NCBI GenBank assembly: GCA_046348955.1 | Contig: JAXMDG010000009.1 | Span: forward strand, 27,465 to 91,464 | Source: Amaricoccus sp. | Lineage (GTDB): Bacteria > Pseudomonadota > Alphaproteobacteria > Rhodobacterales > Rhodobacteraceae | Length of the DNA stretch: 64,000 bases | Direction of reading: 5' to 3' | Shown here: piece by piece, positions 21,509 to 32,521 of the stretch | Layout of the letters: every line of letters begins with the position of its first letter | Position numbering within the stretch: position 1 is the stretch's first letter | The notes under the pieces: model-generated | Database searches by the model: none | What the model saw: the letters and a program-made list of their open reading frames with translations, nothing else | Told to the model about the DNA's origin: nothing | Position numbers and translations under genes: made by a program

Positions 21509-22003
21509 ATGCTGCGGCTGCGGTTTTCCGAGGATCTGAAACAGGCGATCAAGGCCAAGGATGCGCAGAGGGTCTCGACCCTCCGGCTGATCCTGGCCGC
21601 GGTCAAGGAGCGCGACATCGCGAGCCGCACCGGCGCGACGGTCGCCGAGCAGCGCAGCGAGGGGGTGTCGGAGGCCGAAGTGATCGGCATCCTCGCCAAG
21701 ATGATCAAGCAGCGCCAGGAGAGCGCCAAGGCCTATGCCGAGGCGGGCCGGACCGACCTCGCCGATCAGGAGCGCGGCGAGATCGCGATCATCGAGGAGT
21801 ATCTGCCGCGCCAGCTCAGCGAGGCCGAGGTCGGCCGCGCCATCGCCCAGGCGATCACAGCGACCGGTGCGAGCTCGATCCGCGACATGGGCCGGGTCAT
21901 GGCCGCGCTCAAGGAGCGGCATACCGGGCAGATGGACTTCGCCCGCGCCGGCGCGGCGATCAAGGCGGCGCTCTGCGATGGTGCCGCCAAGGGCAGCGCT
22001 TGA
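21509..22003 (+). CDS. GatB/YqeY domain protein
   Basis: AIKAKD...TLRLI...KQRQES...YLPRQLSE...DMGRVM; divergent from carA. Confidence 0.88.
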   Translation: MLRLRFSEDLKQAIKAKDAQRVSTLRLILAAVKERDIASRTGATVAEQRSEGVSEAEVIGILAKMIKQRQESAKAYAEAGRTDLADQERGEIAIIEEYLPRQLSEAEVGRAIAQAITATGASSIRDMGRVMAALKERHTGQMDFARAGAAIKAALCDGAAKGSA

Positions 22004-22056
22004 CGCCGCCCCGCCGCGCGGGGGAGAGTTTCGCCGGGTGCCTCGAGGAGAATGCG

Positions 22057-23073
22057 ATGAAGAAGCGGGTGTTCGGGCGCGGCGCGGCGGGGACGGTCGA
22101 GGCGATCACGCTCGAAAGCGCCGATGCGGCGATCACGATCCTGAACTATGGCTGCGTCGTGCAGGATTGGCGGGTCGACGGGCCGGGCGGCAGCCTGCCG
22201 ATGGTGCTGGGCTTCCCGACGCTCGAGGGCTACGAGACCTTCTCGCGCTCGCACGGGGCGATCGTCGGGCGCATCGCCAACCGGACGAAGGATGCAAGCT
22301 TCACCTTCGAGGGGCGGCTCTGGCAGCTCACCCCGAACCACGGACCGAAGCAGCAGCATCACATCCATGGCGGGGCGATCGGGCTCGGCAAGCGGATCTG
22401 GGCGATGGAGCCCGACAGCGCGGCCGAGGCCGTGCATCTGCGCTATCTGAGCCCGGACGGCGAGGAGGGCTATCCCGGCACGGTCGAGTTCACCGTGACC
22501 TACCGGCTCGACGGCCCGACCCTGGTCTGCGAGATGCGCGGCCAGCCCGATCGGCCGACCCCGATCAATCTCGCGCACCACAACTATTTCAATCTCGGCG
22601 GCGGCGGGACGGTGCGCGACCACGTGCTCTGGATCGACGCGTCCGACTATACGCCGCTCGATGCCGAGAACATCCCGCTCGGCACCATCGAGCCGGTGGC
22701 CGGAACCCATCTCGACTTCACCGAGCCGCGCTCGATCGAGGAAAGCGATCCCGAGCGCAAGGGGATCGACAACAATTACGTGCTGGACCCGGACCGCGAC
22801 CGGGACGAGCCCGCCGCCTGGGCGCGCTGCCCCCGCACCGGCCTCAGGCTGCAGGTCTGGACCACCGAGCCCGGCCTGCAGATCTTCAACGCCGCGACCA
22901 TGACGATCGGCGCCCCGGGCCATGGCGGCGAGACCTACGGGCCGTTCGCGGGCCTCTGCTTCGAGGCGCAGCATTTCCCCGATTCGATGCATCATCCGGA
23001 TTGGCCAAGCATCGTGCGTTCGCCGGACCATCCCTATTACCAGCGCCTCGCCGTCGAGATCGCCCGCGCCTGA
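22057..23073 (+). CDS. Aldose 1-epimerase (GalM family)
   Basis: GRIANR, HIHGG, GYPG, INLAHHNYFNL, CFEAQHFPD. Confidence 0.9.
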   Translation: MKKRVFGRGAAGTVEAITLESADAAITILNYGCVVQDWRVDGPGGSLPMVLGFPTLEGYETFSRSHGAIVGRIANRTKDASFTFEGRLWQLTPNHGPKQQHHIHGGAIGLGKRIWAMEPDSAAEAVHLRYLSPDGEEGYPGTVEFTVTYRLDGPTLVCEMRGQPDRPTPINLAHHNYFNLGGGGTVRDHVLWIDASDYTPLDAENIPLGTIEPVAGTHLDFTEPRSIEESDPERKGIDNNYVLDPDRDRDEPAAWARCPRTGLRLQVWTTEPGLQIFNAATMTIGAPGHGGETYGPFAGLCFEAQHFPDSMHHPDWPSIVRSPDHPYYQRLAVEIARA

Positions 23074-23120
23074 CCCTGCCGGCTTGCACCGCGGCCCCCC
23101 GTCCGGCTTCTTGAAGGATT

Positions 23121-23341
23121 TCATAGAGGCAGAAATTCTATCGGGCAGTCCGAGGGGCCCCGCCAACAGGCGGGGAGAAAAAGACTCTGCGGGCAACGGC
23201 CCGCTCCGAGCAGCCGCGTCCGCGGCTGCGCCTCTCCGCCCGAACCTCCGCTCCGAAGCCGGGAGACGGCTGAGCCGCCGCAACGGCGCCGCGCGCCGCG
23301 CGCCGAACGCTGCCGCGAGCGAGGCGTCGCCGCGGCGCTTT
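23121..23341. repeat. ~220-bp structured intergenic repeat, copy 2
   Basis: Aligns with 13269-13493; compensatory changes in one stem. Confidence 0.85.
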
Positions 23342-23380
23342 CGAACCGCGCCGCCTGCTGTGCAGAGCGATGAAAATCGA

Positions 23381-23448
23381 GTTAACGCCAAAAATATAAT
23401 GCAGCAAATTCAAATAGATAGGTGGAGTCGCACGCGTGCGACTCCACC
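23381..23448. repeat. Palindrome + IHF-like module, copy 2
   Basis: 28-bp perfect palindrome GGTGGAGTCGCACGCGTGCGACTCCACC (23421-23448); ATTCAA-ATAG-ATA at 23408. Confidence 0.85.
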
Positions 23449-23456
23449 CGCTCCGC

Positions 23457-24758
23457 TCAGACGAAGCGGTTGACCAGGTTTTCCAGGATCTCCTGCCGCC
23501 CGGAGCGCGGCTGCGGGTCGAGCCCGCTGCGATCGACCTGGGCCGCGATGCTCGCCAGGTCCGAGCCGAGCAGCGCCCGGGCCTCTTCCGTCTCCCAGCC
23601 GGCATAGCGCTCGGCCCGGGCGCGGTCGAGCGTCCCGTCCTCGATGATCGCCGCGGCCGCGAGCAGCGCCTTGGCGCAGACATCCATGCCGCCGACATGG
23701 GCGGCGATCAGGTCGACCGGATCGAGCGACTGGCGGCGCAGCTTCGAATCGAAATTGAACCCGCCGGTGGTCAGCCCCCCCGCCTTCAGGATGGAGTAGA
23801 TCGCCACCGCCATCTCCGGCACGCTGTTCGGGAACTGGTCGGTGTCCCAGCCCGACTGATAGTCGTTGCGGTTGGCATCGACCGAGCCGAAGATCCCGAG
23901 CGCTGTGGCCGTCGCGATCTCGTGCTCGAAGCTGTGCCCCGCCAGCACCGCGTGGCCGACCTCGATATTGACCTTGACCTCCTTCTCCAGCCCGAAGCGC
24001 TGCAGGAAGCCGAAGACCGTCGCCACATCGTAGTCGTACTGGTGCTTGGTCGGCTCCTGCGGCTTCGGCTCGATCAGGATCGTGCCGGGGAAGCCGATCT
24101 TGTGCTTGTAGTCGACCACCATCGACAGGAACCGGCCGAGATGGTCGAGCTCCTGGCGCAGGTCGGTATTGAGCAGGGTCTCGTACCCCTCGCGCCCGCC
24201 CCACAGCACGTAATTGGCCCCTTCGAGCTGATGGGTCACGTCGAGCGCGCATTTGACCTGCGCGGCTGCATAGGCGAACACGTCGGGGTCGGGATTGCTG
24301 GCCGCGCCCGCCATGTAGCGCCGGTTCGAGAACAGATTCGCCGTACCCCATAGCAGCCGCGTCCGGGAGCTCTGCATCTTGCGGGCGAAGATGTCGGCGA
24401 TTTCCTGGACGTTGCGGTTCGACTCGGCCAGGCTCTTGCCCTCCGGAGCGATGTCCCGGTCATGGAAGGCGAAGAACGGCGCGCCGAGAATGTCGAACAT
24501 CTCGAACGCCACGTCGGCCTTCAGCCGCGCGGCCGCCATCCCGCTGTCGAACCAGGGGCGCTCGAAGGTCCGCCCCCCGAACGGATCGCCGCCCTCCCAG
24601 GCGAAGCTGTGCCAATAGGCGATCGAAAAGCGCAGCTGGTCTTCCATGCGCTTGCCGAGAACGATCCGGTCGGGCTCGTAGTAGCGGAAGCCGAGCGGGT
24701 TGGTGGTCTCCGGGCCTTCGAAGGCCACCGGCTCGATGCCGGCGAAAAAGTCGGTCAT
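23457..24758 (-). CDS. xylA: Xylose isomerase (class II)
   Basis: [39 protein letters not shown]. Confidence 0.97.
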   Translation of the reverse strand: MTDFFAGIEPVAFEGPETTNPLGFRYYEPDRIVLGKRMEDQLRFSIAYWHSFAWEGGDPFGGRTFERPWFDSGMAAARLKADVAFEMFDILGAPFFAFHDRDIAPEGKSLAESNRNVQEIADIFARKMQSSRTRLLWGTANLFSNRRYMAGAASNPDPDVFAYAAAQVKCALDVTHQLEGANYVLWGGREGYETLLNTDLRQELDHLGRFLSMVVDYKHKIGFPGTILIEPKPQEPTKHQYDYDVATVFGFLQRFGLEKEVKVNIEVGHAVLAGHSFEHEIATATALGIFGSVDANRNDYQSGWDTDQFPNSVPEMAVAIYSILKAGGLTTGGFNFDSKLRRQSLDPVDLIAAHVGGMDVCAKALLAAAAIIEDGTLDRARAERYAGWETEEARALLGSDLASIAAQVDRSGLDPQPRSGRQEILENLVNRFV

Positions 24759-24761
24759 GGG

Positions 24762-26204
24762 TCAGGTCTCCTTGAGGGCCGGATAGAGGGCACGGTAGCG
24801 GGCATGGCCGGCGCGGTAGCGCTCGACCAGGGCGGGATCGGGCTCGATGCTGCGCAGGATCCGGGGCGCGGCGCAGATCTCGGCCGGCGCCGCACCCTCC
24901 GCCGCGCAGATCGCCAGCCGCGCCGCCCCGAGCGCCGCGCCGACATCGCTGTCGGCGGCGACCTGCATCGGACGGTTCAGCACGTTGGCGAGGATCCGCA
25001 GCCAGGTCTCCGAACGCGCACCGCCCCCCACCGCCAGCGCCGCGGCGAAATCGGTGCCGGCATGGGCGAGCGCCGCCTGGCAGTCGGCGAAGGCATAGGC
25101 GACCCCCTCCATCACCGCCTGGGTCAGGTCGGCGAGGCCGTGGCTCTGGCTCAGCCCGACAAACGCCCCGCGCGCGCCCGCGTCGTTGTGCGGCGTGCGC
25201 TCGCCCGAGAGATAGGGCAGGAAGGTGACATCGGACGGGCCCTCGGCCGTGACCGCGCCGGCGAGCTCGGCCGGCGGACGCCCGGCGATCCGCGACAGCC
25301 ATTCCAGACTGTCGGAGGCCGACAGGATCACCCCCATCTGGTGCCAGGTCTCCGGCAGCGCGTGGCAGAAGGCATGAACCGCGCCCTCGGTATTGGGCGA
25401 GAAGCGCGCGTTCGACACGAAGAGCACGCCGGAGGTCCCGAGCGAGACGAAAGCCGAGCCCGGCGTGACCACGCCGACCCCGCAGGCCGCCGCGGCATTG
25501 TCGCCCGCCCCGCCGGCGACGACGACCGGCCCCGCGATGCCCCAGCGCGCCGCAAGCTCGGCCTTGAGCTCGCCCGAGGGCTGGCTGCCCTCGACCAGGC
25601 GCGGCATGTGGGCGCGGCTGAGCCCGGTCGCCTCCAGCAGGTCGTCCGACCAGTCCCGCGCCTCGACATCGAGCCAGAGCGTGCCCGACGCGTCCGACAT
25701 CTCCGAGACATGGTGCCCGGTCAGGCAGAGCCGCACATAATCCTTGGGCAGAAGCACGGTATCGAGACGCGCGAAGGTTTCGGGCTCGTGCTTGCGCAAC
25801 CAGAGGATCTTCGGCGCGGTGAAGCCCGGCATCGCGACATTGCCGGCAACCTTGCGGCTGTCGGGAAAGGCGGCCTCGAGCTCGGCGCATTCGGCCTGCG
25901 CCCGGCCGTCGTTCCAGAGGATCGCCGGGCGTAGCACCCGGTCCTCGCGATCGAGGCAAACCGCCCCATGCATCTGGCCGGACAGGCCGATCCCGCGCAG
26001 GTCGGTGAGCGGATGCTTGGCGGCGACCGCGTCGATCGTCGCCAGGACAGCCTGCCACCAGGCCGCCGGATCCTGTTCCGACCAGCCGGGATGCGGGCGC
26101 GAGACGGCGAGCGGCTGGCTCGCCTGGGCGAGCAGCCGCTGCTCGCGGTCGAAGAGCACGGTCTTGACCGACGACGTGCCGATATCGATGCCGATAAAGC
26201 TCAT
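24762..26204 (-). CDS. xylB: Xylulokinase
   Basis: [40 protein letters not shown]. Confidence 0.95.
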   Translation of the reverse strand: MSFIGIDIGTSSVKTVLFDREQRLLAQASQPLAVSRPHPGWSEQDPAAWWQAVLATIDAVAAKHPLTDLRGIGLSGQMHGAVCLDREDRVLRPAILWNDGRAQAECAELEAAFPDSRKVAGNVAMPGFTAPKILWLRKHEPETFARLDTVLLPKDYVRLCLTGHHVSEMSDASGTLWLDVEARDWSDDLLEATGLSRAHMPRLVEGSQPSGELKAELAARWGIAGPVVVAGGAGDNAAAACGVGVVTPGSAFVSLGTSGVLFVSNARFSPNTEGAVHAFCHALPETWHQMGVILSASDSLEWLSRIAGRPPAELAGAVTAEGPSDVTFLPYLSGERTPHNDAGARGAFVGLSQSHGLADLTQAVMEGVAYAFADCQAALAHAGTDFAAALAVGGGARSETWLRILANVLNRPMQVAADSDVGAALGAARLAICAAEGAAPAEICAAPRILRSIEPDPALVERYRAGHARYRALYPALKET

Positions 26205-26953
26205 GATTGCCGCCCCCCCGGTTTCTTGCCGAGGATGATCATGCCGAGAATGTCGTCCTCGGTCACATCCTCGACCCGCACGGTTCCCACGAGCTTGCCG
26301 TTCTTCATCACACTCACCCGGTCGCAAAGCGCCATGACGTCGCGGATATCGTGGGAGATCAGGAAGATGCCGAGCCCCTCGGCCTTGAGCTGCTCGATGA
26401 GCTCGCCCACCATCTGCGTCTCCTTGACGCCGAGCGCGGCGGTCGGCTCGTCCATGATCAGGATCTTCGCGTTGAAATAGACCGCGCGCGCGATCGCCAC
26501 CGACTGGCGCTGGCCGCCCGACAGCGCCTTCACCGGCGCATGGAACTTGGAGAAGTTGGGGTTGAGCCGGGCGAGGATCTTGCGGGTCTCGGCCTCCATC
26601 GCATCGTCGTCGACGAATCCCATCGGGGTGACGAGCTCGCGGCCGAGAAACAGGTTTGAGGCGGCGTCGAGATTGTCGGCGAGCGCAAGCGTCTGGTAGA
26701 TCGTCTCGATATTGTAGCGCCGTGCGTCGCGCGGGCTGCGGATCTCGGCTCTTTCGCCATTGATCAGGATTTCACCGGAATCGGCCTGGTAGGCGCCTGA
26801 CAGGATCTTGATCAGCGTCGACTTGCCGGCGCCGTTATGGCCGAGCAGGCCGACGACCTCGCCGGGATAGAGGTCGATGCTGACATGGTCGACGGCATGG
26901 ACGCCGCCGAAAGCGATGCAGATGTCGCGCATCTCGACGAGGGGGGCGCTCAC
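26201..26953 (-). CDS. xylG: Sugar ABC transporter ATP-binding protein (single domain)
   Basis: [20 protein letters not shown]; within the xylose cluster. Confidence 0.85.
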   Translation of the reverse strand: MSAPLVEMRDICIAFGGVHAVDHVSIDLYPGEVVGLLGHNGAGKSTLIKILSGAYQADSGEILINGERAEIRSPRDARRYNIETIYQTLALADNLDAASNLFLGRELVTPMGFVDDDAMEAETRKILARLNPNFSKFHAPVKALSGGQRQSVAIARAVYFNAKILIMDEPTAALGVKETQMVGELIEQLKAEGLGIFLISHDIRDVMALCDRVSVMKNGKLVGTVRVEDVTEDDILGMIILGKKPGGRQS

Positions 26954-28215
26954 AGGCCGGTCCTCCGCCGGTAAATGATGTCGATCAGCACGGCGAGCAC
27001 CAGCACCAGGCCGACGACGATCGATTGCAGCGGCGCGTCGACCCCCACCATCGCCATGCCCGATTGCAGGCTCTGCATGATCAGGGCGCCGATGATCGCG
27101 CCATAGATGGTGCCGATCCCGCCCGAGAGCGCGGTGCCGCCGATCACCGCGGCGGCGATGGTCCTGAGCTCGTCGAGCGTGCCGAGATCATTGCCGACCG
27201 CGCCGAGCCGGGCGCTGGCGATGACCGAGGCGATCGCGGTCAGCGCGCCCATCAGCGCGAAGATCTTGACGGTGAGCAGGCGGGTATTGATGCCGGACAG
27301 CTCGGCCGCGTCGGGATTGCCGCCGGTGGCGAAGACATAGCGCCCGAAGCGGGTCCGCGTTGCGACGACGGTCATGACCACCGCCACGCCGAGCAGGATC
27401 ACGACCGGGATCGCGATCCCTTGGGCCATGTCGATCGGCCCGTCGGGAATGGGCTCGCCGCGCGCCTCCAGGATGCGCTTCGCCGCGATCTCGGGCACAG
27501 GATAGGCATTCATCAGCGCCACGAAGCCCAGGATCAGCAGGACAACGATCGCGCCCAGCGTCATCTCGGCCCAGAGCGGCTTGATCGGAAAGCCGTGCGA
27601 GGCCTTGCGGCGCCGCGAGGCCGCGATGAGCAGGACCGCGGCCAGCGCGGAGACAAGGCCCAGCGCCCAGCTCCAGGTGGCGCCGAGCGTGCCGCCGGTA
27701 CCGCCGCCGAGCCGCGCGAAGGTCGGATCGAGCGGCGCGACGGTCTGGCCCGCCGTCACCCACCAGGCCGCGCCGCGCCAGACCAGCAGGCCGCCCAGCG
27801 TGACGATGAAGGCCGGCACGCCGAGATAGCCCACGATCCAGCCCTGGAAGCCGCCGATCACCAGCCCGACGATCAACCCTCCGGCGATCGCGCCGATCCA
27901 GATGAAACTGCTGCCCTGTCCCAGCAGCGCCGGCAGGTAGGTCAGCTGCAAGACGCCCATGATCATGCCGACGAAGCCGAGCAGCGAGCCGACGCTGAGA
28001 TCGATATGCCGGGTGACGATGACGAAGACCATGCCGGTCGCCATCACCGCGACCGACGCGGTCTGCACCGACAGGTTGAACAGGTTGCGCGGCGTCAGGA
28101 ACCGGCCGCCGGTGGTCAGGTCGAAGACGAGCCAGATCACCACCAGCGCGCCGATCATGCCGACCAGCCGCAAGTCGATCTCGAGGGATTTCGCGGCCTT
28201 GCCGACGACATTCAT
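26950..28215 (-). CDS. xylH: Xylose ABC transporter permease
   Basis: [28 protein letters not shown]; multiple TM helices. Confidence 0.88.
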   Translation of the reverse strand: MNVVGKAAKSLEIDLRLVGMIGALVVIWLVFDLTTGGRFLTPRNLFNLSVQTASVAVMATGMVFVIVTRHIDLSVGSLLGFVGMIMGVLQLTYLPALLGQGSSFIWIGAIAGGLIVGLVIGGFQGWIVGYLGVPAFIVTLGGLLVWRGAAWWVTAGQTVAPLDPTFARLGGGTGGTLGATWSWALGLVSALAAVLLIAASRRRKASHGFPIKPLWAEMTLGAIVVLLILGFVALMNAYPVPEIAAKRILEARGEPIPDGPIDMAQGIAIPVVILLGVAVVMTVVATRTRFGRYVFATGGNPDAAELSGINTRLLTVKIFALMGALTAIASVIASARLGAVGNDLGTLDELRTIAAAVIGGTALSGGIGTIYGAIIGALIMQSLQSGMAMVGVDAPLQSIVVGLVLVLAVLIDIIYRRRTGL

Positions 28216-28297
28216 GCGGGCGCTCCCGAAGCGGCGGATCCGGTGAAGGCCGGCGCAGGACCCCGCCCCGCGCCAGCCCCGGTCGATTGCGGATCGC

Positions 28298-29329
28298 TCA
28301 GTCGCAGGCCGCGACGGTTCCCTTGGGCACGCCGGCGCAGACCTGGTCCTTCTTGACCCAGCCGGCTTCGATCACCAGGCCGAGATTGTCCTTGGTGATC
28401 GGGATCGGCGTCAGGAACTTGGATTCGACCTTGGTGCCGCCCTTCGAGGTCCAGGCCTTGGCGCCCTCGATCGCGTCGGGCTTGGTGCCCTTGGCGAGCG
28501 CGACCGCGATCTCGGCCGCCTCCTTGCCGAGCTCGCGCGCATCCTTCCAGACCGAGACGGTCTGCGTGCCGAGCGCCACCCGGTTCAGCGCCGCAACGTC
28601 GCCGTCCTGGCCGGAGACCGGCGTGCCTTCCATGCCCTGCGCCTTCAGCGCCGCGACCACGCCCCCGGCGGTGCCGTCGTTCGAGGCAACCACCGCGTCG
28701 ACCTTGTTGTCGTTCGCGGTCAGGATCTGCTCCATGTTGCGCTGGGCGTTGGCCGGCAGCCAGCCATCGGTATAGGCCTCGCCGACGATCTTGATCGCGC
28801 CGTCGTCGAGCGATTTCTGCAGCACTTCCTGTTGGCCGGCGCGCAGGAAATCGGCGTTCGGATCGGTGGGCGATCCCTTGATCATCACGTAGTTGCCCTT
28901 GGGCGCCGCCTTCAGCACCGCCTCGGCCTGCATCCGGCCGACCTCCATATTGTCGAAGGTCAGGTAGAAGGCGCGCGGATCCTCGATCAGCCGGTCATAG
29001 CCGACCACCGGGATGCCCTCGTTCGCCGCGGCATTGATCGCCGGCCCGATCGCGGCGCTGTCCTGGGCGAGGATGATGAGCGCGTTGGCGCCGCTCGAGA
29101 TCAGGCTCTCGACATCGGAGAGCTGCTTGGACGAGCTGCTCTGCGCGTCGGCCGAGATATACTTGGCCCCCGCGGCCTCGAGCGCCTTCTTGATAGCCGC
29201 CTCGTCGGTCTTCCAGCGCTCTTCCTGGAAGTTCGACCAGCTCACCCCGACCACGAGATCGGCGGCAGAAGCGACATTCGCGAGCCCGGACGCGATCAGC
29301 GTCGCTGCCAGCAAGGACAGGGATTTCAT
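28298..29329 (-). CDS. xylF: D-xylose ABC transporter substrate-binding protein
   Basis: Signal peptide; [38 protein letters not shown]. Confidence 0.9.
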   Translation of the reverse strand: MKSLSLLAATLIASGLANVASAADLVVGVSWSNFQEERWKTDEAAIKKALEAAGAKYISADAQSSSSKQLSDVESLISSGANALIILAQDSAAIGPAINAAANEGIPVVGYDRLIEDPRAFYLTFDNMEVGRMQAEAVLKAAPKGNYVMIKGSPTDPNADFLRAGQQEVLQKSLDDGAIKIVGEAYTDGWLPANAQRNMEQILTANDNKVDAVVASNDGTAGGVVAALKAQGMEGTPVSGQDGDVAALNRVALGTQTVSVWKDARELGKEAAEIAVALAKGTKPDAIEGAKAWTSKGGTKVESKFLTPIPITKDNLGLVIEAGWVKKDQVCAGVPKGTVAACD

Positions 29330-29413
29330 GCAAGTTCCTCCATGTTGCAGGTCGGCCTCTTGTGGCGTCGCCCTGATTCCGGCCGCCGGCTCCCTGCGGC
29401 GCACGATTGTCCC

Positions 29414-29437
29414 ATTAAATTCGCTTGTCAAATTTAT
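29414..29437. promoter_or_regulatory. Candidate ROK (XylR) operator 1
   Basis: AT-rich imperfect inverted repeat TAAATT-N9-AATTTA in the divergent xylF/xylR region. Confidence 0.45.
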
Positions 29438-29550
29438 TTTGACTCCGCGATTGCGGTGGGCATGTAATGCAAGGACGATACCGGTTGATCCGCAAGAAAA
29501 TTGCCATGATGCGCTGCGGAATCATGGGGGCCGTAAGCTGATGCCCAAAG

Positions 29551-29572
29551 AAAATTTGGCTTACGAAATAAT
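29551..29572. promoter_or_regulatory. Candidate ROK (XylR) operator 2
   Basis: AAAATTTGGCTTACGAAATAAT; its reverse complement resembles operator 1 and NagC/Mlc-type sites. Confidence 0.4.
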
Positions 29573-29599
29573 GAGGCCCGCCGCCGGATCGGATCTCGC

Positions 29600-30844
29600 A
29601 TGAGCGATGGGGTCCCGGCGCAGGTGCAAGGCCTGCGCAGCCAGAATCGCCGCGCGATTCTCGCCGCGATCCGGCGCAGGCGGCGCGCGGCGCGCGTCGA
29701 CCTCGCGCGTGAGACCGGGATCAGCGCGGCGACGGTCACCTCGATCACCGCGCATCTGGTCGAGCAAGGGCTGGTCGAGGAAGTGCTCGACGAGGAGGTT
29801 GCGGCGCGCAGCGGCGCGCGCGGGCGCCCGCCGGTCCTGCTCCGCATTCGGCCCGACGCCTTCCTGGTGGGCGGCGCCAAGATCTCCGAGGACCATATCA
29901 CCGTCACCCTGACCGATTTCGAGGGCGGCGAGCTCCTGCACCATGTCCGGCCGATCCCGCGCCGGGGCGCGACGGCGGACAGCGTGGTGGCCGAGCTGCG
30001 CAGGGCGGTTACGGAGGCCGCGGCCGGGCTCGGTCGCGCCGAGACCGGCCTGTCCTGCCTCGGCGTCGGCCTGCCCGGTTTCATCGACGCGGCGGCGGGG
30101 CGGGTGCATTGGAGCCCCTGCTTCCCGGCCCGCGGCGTCGATTTCGGGGCGCTGCTCGGCGCGGCCTTCGCCTGCCCGGTCTTTCTCGACAACGACGCCA
30201 ACCTCGCCACCCTGGCCGAGCAGCGCTTCGGCTTCGGTCGCGGGCGGCAGGATTTCCTGGTCGTCACGATCGAGCATGGCGTCGGCATGGGTATGGTGCT
30301 CGACCACCGGCTCTATCGCGGCGGGCGCGGGGTCGGGGCCGAGTTCGGCCATACCAAGGTCGCGATCGACGGGGCGCTCTGCCGCTGCGGCCAGCGCGGC
30401 TGCCTCGAGGCCTACATCGCCGACTATGCGCTGCTGCGCGAGGTGCCGCTGGTTCTCGGCCTCGATCAGGCGGCAGAGGGCCAGCAGGCGCTCGACCGGC
30501 TGTTCGCCGCCGCCAAGGCGGGCGATCCGGCGGCGCGCTCGATCTTCGACCGGGCAGGGCGGATGCTCGGCGTGGCGCTGGCCAACCTCGTCAACGTGTT
30601 CGATCCGTCGCTGATCATCTTCTCGGGCGAGCAGATGCGCTACGACTTCCTCTACGGCGCGCAGGTGCTGGAGGAGATGCGAACCAATGCGCTCGCGCTC
30701 GACCGCCCGCCGCCGGAGGTGCGGGTGCACAAATGGGGCGACCGGCTCTGGGCGATGGGCGCCGCGGCCCTGGCGATCGACGGCCTGACCGACCGGATCC
30801 TGCTCGATCTCGCGGCCAAGGTTCCCCCCGACGATGGCGGATAG
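29600..30844 (+). CDS. xylR: ROK family transcriptional regulator (xylose cluster)
   Basis: N-terminal HTH, GRPP, NDAN, EFGH...CRCGQRGCLE. Confidence 0.85.
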   Translation: MSDGVPAQVQGLRSQNRRAILAAIRRRRRAARVDLARETGISAATVTSITAHLVEQGLVEEVLDEEVAARSGARGRPPVLLRIRPDAFLVGGAKISEDHITVTLTDFEGGELLHHVRPIPRRGATADSVVAELRRAVTEAAAGLGRAETGLSCLGVGLPGFIDAAAGRVHWSPCFPARGVDFGALLGAAFACPVFLDNDANLATLAEQRFGFGRGRQDFLVVTIEHGVGMGMVLDHRLYRGGRGVGAEFGHTKVAIDGALCRCGQRGCLEAYIADYALLREVPLVLGLDQAAEGQQALDRLFAAAKAGDPAARSIFDRAGRMLGVALANLVNVFDPSLIIFSGEQMRYDFLYGAQVLEEMRTNALALDRPPPEVRVHKWGDRLWAMGAAALAIDGLTDRILLDLAAKVPPDDGG

Positions 30845-31037
30845 CGCCCCGGCATGCCCCCCTTTCGCCGGCCGGCGCTCCGCTTTATAGCACGTCGCAA
30901 AGTCACTCCCCGAGGCACAGCATGCATTGCCCTGACCGGCAAAGGCCGGAGCGCCGCGCGCGCGCCCATTTCCCGCCGGCCGCGGCGCTTCGCCCGGATG
31001 CCGGCCAATCGGGTTCGGCCGGCGTCAGGAGGCGGGC

Positions 31038-31955
31038 ATGAGCCGCAACAATCCCCGCCTCGGCATCGCGCTGATGATCCTTGCCTCGCTGATCTTCGCC
31101 CTGCAGGACGGGATCTCGCGCCATCTGGCCACGCATTATCACGTGATCACCGTGGTTACGGTCCGCTTCTGGTTCTTCGCGGCGGTGACGATCGGCTGGG
31201 CGGTCGCGCGGGGGGGCGGAATCGCGCGGGTGGCGCGTTCGGCCAATCCCATGCTGCAGGTGCTGCGCGGCGTCCTGCTCGTCACCGAGATCTGGATCAC
31301 GGTCATCGCCTTCGTCAAGCTCGGCCTGATCGCCACCCATTCGATCTTCGCGATCCAGCCGCTGCTCGTCGCCGCGCTGGCCGGGCCTTTGCTCGGGGAA
31401 TATGTCGGGTGGCGTCGCGGGCTTGCCATCCTGGTCGGGCTGTTCGGCGTTCTGGTGATCCTGCGCCCGGGACTCCAGGTCTTCAATCCCGCGGCGATCT
31501 ATCCCCTGGTCGGCGCCTTCATGTTCGCGACCTACAATCTTCTGACCCGTCGGGTCTCCTGGCAGGACAGCGCGGCGACGACCTTCTTCTATACCGGGGT
31601 GGTGGGGGCGGTGTTCAGCACCCTGGTCGCGCCGTTCTTCTGGACCCCGATCCATGGTGTGGATTGGTTCTGGATGGCGACGCTCTGCATGACGGCGGTC
31701 GCGGCGCATTTCCTGCTCATCAAGACCTACGAGGTCGCCGAAGCCAGCACGGTCCAGCCCTTCGCCTATTTCCAGCTGGTCTTCATCGGGATCCTCGGCA
31801 TCACGCTCTTCGGCGAGCGCCCCGATGCCTGGACCTATGTCGGCGCGGCCCTGATCCTCGCCGCCGGTCTCTACACCGTCCTGCGCCAGCGCAAGCTTGG
31901 CATCCGGCCGGCCGAAGCCATCGCTCCGGCGGAGCACCCGGTGCCGGATCGCTAG
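31038..31955 (+). CDS. DMT/EamA family transporter
   Basis: About ten TM helices; LLGEYVGWRR, ILRPG, PFAYFQL. Confidence 0.88.
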   Translation: MSRNNPRLGIALMILASLIFALQDGISRHLATHYHVITVVTVRFWFFAAVTIGWAVARGGGIARVARSANPMLQVLRGVLLVTEIWITVIAFVKLGLIATHSIFAIQPLLVAALAGPLLGEYVGWRRGLAILVGLFGVLVILRPGLQVFNPAAIYPLVGAFMFATYNLLTRRVSWQDSAATTFFYTGVVGAVFSTLVAPFFWTPIHGVDWFWMATLCMTAVAAHFLLIKTYEVAEASTVQPFAYFQLVFIGILGITLFGERPDAWTYVGAALILAAGLYTVLRQRKLGIRPAEAIAPAEHPVPDR

Positions 31956-32004
31956 CGCCGGCACCCCGGCCGGACCGTCTGCTTCGGGTGGTCGGCCGCA
32001 TGCC

Positions 32005-32115
32005 GGCGCCGGTGTAGCCGCCTTCCACGAGGAAGCCTTGGCCCGTCACCAAGCGCGCCTCGTCGGTGCACGGCCGGGTCGCGCTGGGTGGGCTTGGTTT
32101 CGCCGATACGATCGT
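32005..32115 (-). pseudogene. Possible remnant of a short-chain dehydrogenase C-terminus
   Basis: Frame reads CTDEARLVTGQGFLVEGGYTGA, like the SDR tail (SDEA.FVTGQ...VDGG); another frame gives RIGE. Confidence 0.35.
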
Positions 32116-32233
32116 CGTCGTCGCCGACATCTGGCGCCCGGCTGTCACGGGCGCGCCCGACCATAAGGAAACGGTGGGTCCGTTGCCCCACCGCTACCGC
32201 TCAGGCGAAACCTGATTGATTCGAGCGGGAATC

Positions 32234-32319
32234 TGGTGCCCGGGAGAAGACTCGAACTTCCACGACCGTTAAGTCACTGGTACCTGAAACCAGCGCGTCT
32301 ACCATTCCGCCACCCGGGC
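32234..32319 (-). tRNA. tRNA-Leu(CAG)
   Basis: GCCCGGG...TGGTAGACGCG-CTGGT-TTCAGGT-ACCAG, long variable arm, GTTCGAGTC, CCCGGGC-A-CCA. Confidence 0.96.
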
Positions 32320-32455
32320 AGGTGCCGATTGGCGCGAGATATACGCAGGCCAAGGCAGTGTCAACGCCCCGCCGGACATTCTCTTGCTCTTCTTGCTTGG
32401 CTTGGCGCGAGCGGAGACTGCGGCGGCCCGCAGCCATCGCACACCTTTCCAGGAG

Positions 32456-32521
32456 GTTAATGGCGCGGAGTCTTTCCGTTTTAAATCAATGGCTTGACTT
32501 GAGTCGCACGCGTGCGACTCA
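32456..32521. repeat. Palindrome + IHF-like module, copy 3
   Basis: TGAGTCGCACGCGTGCGACTCA (32500-32521) overlaps the stop codon of the Wza-like gene; AATCAA-TGGC-TTG at 32484. Confidence 0.85.
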
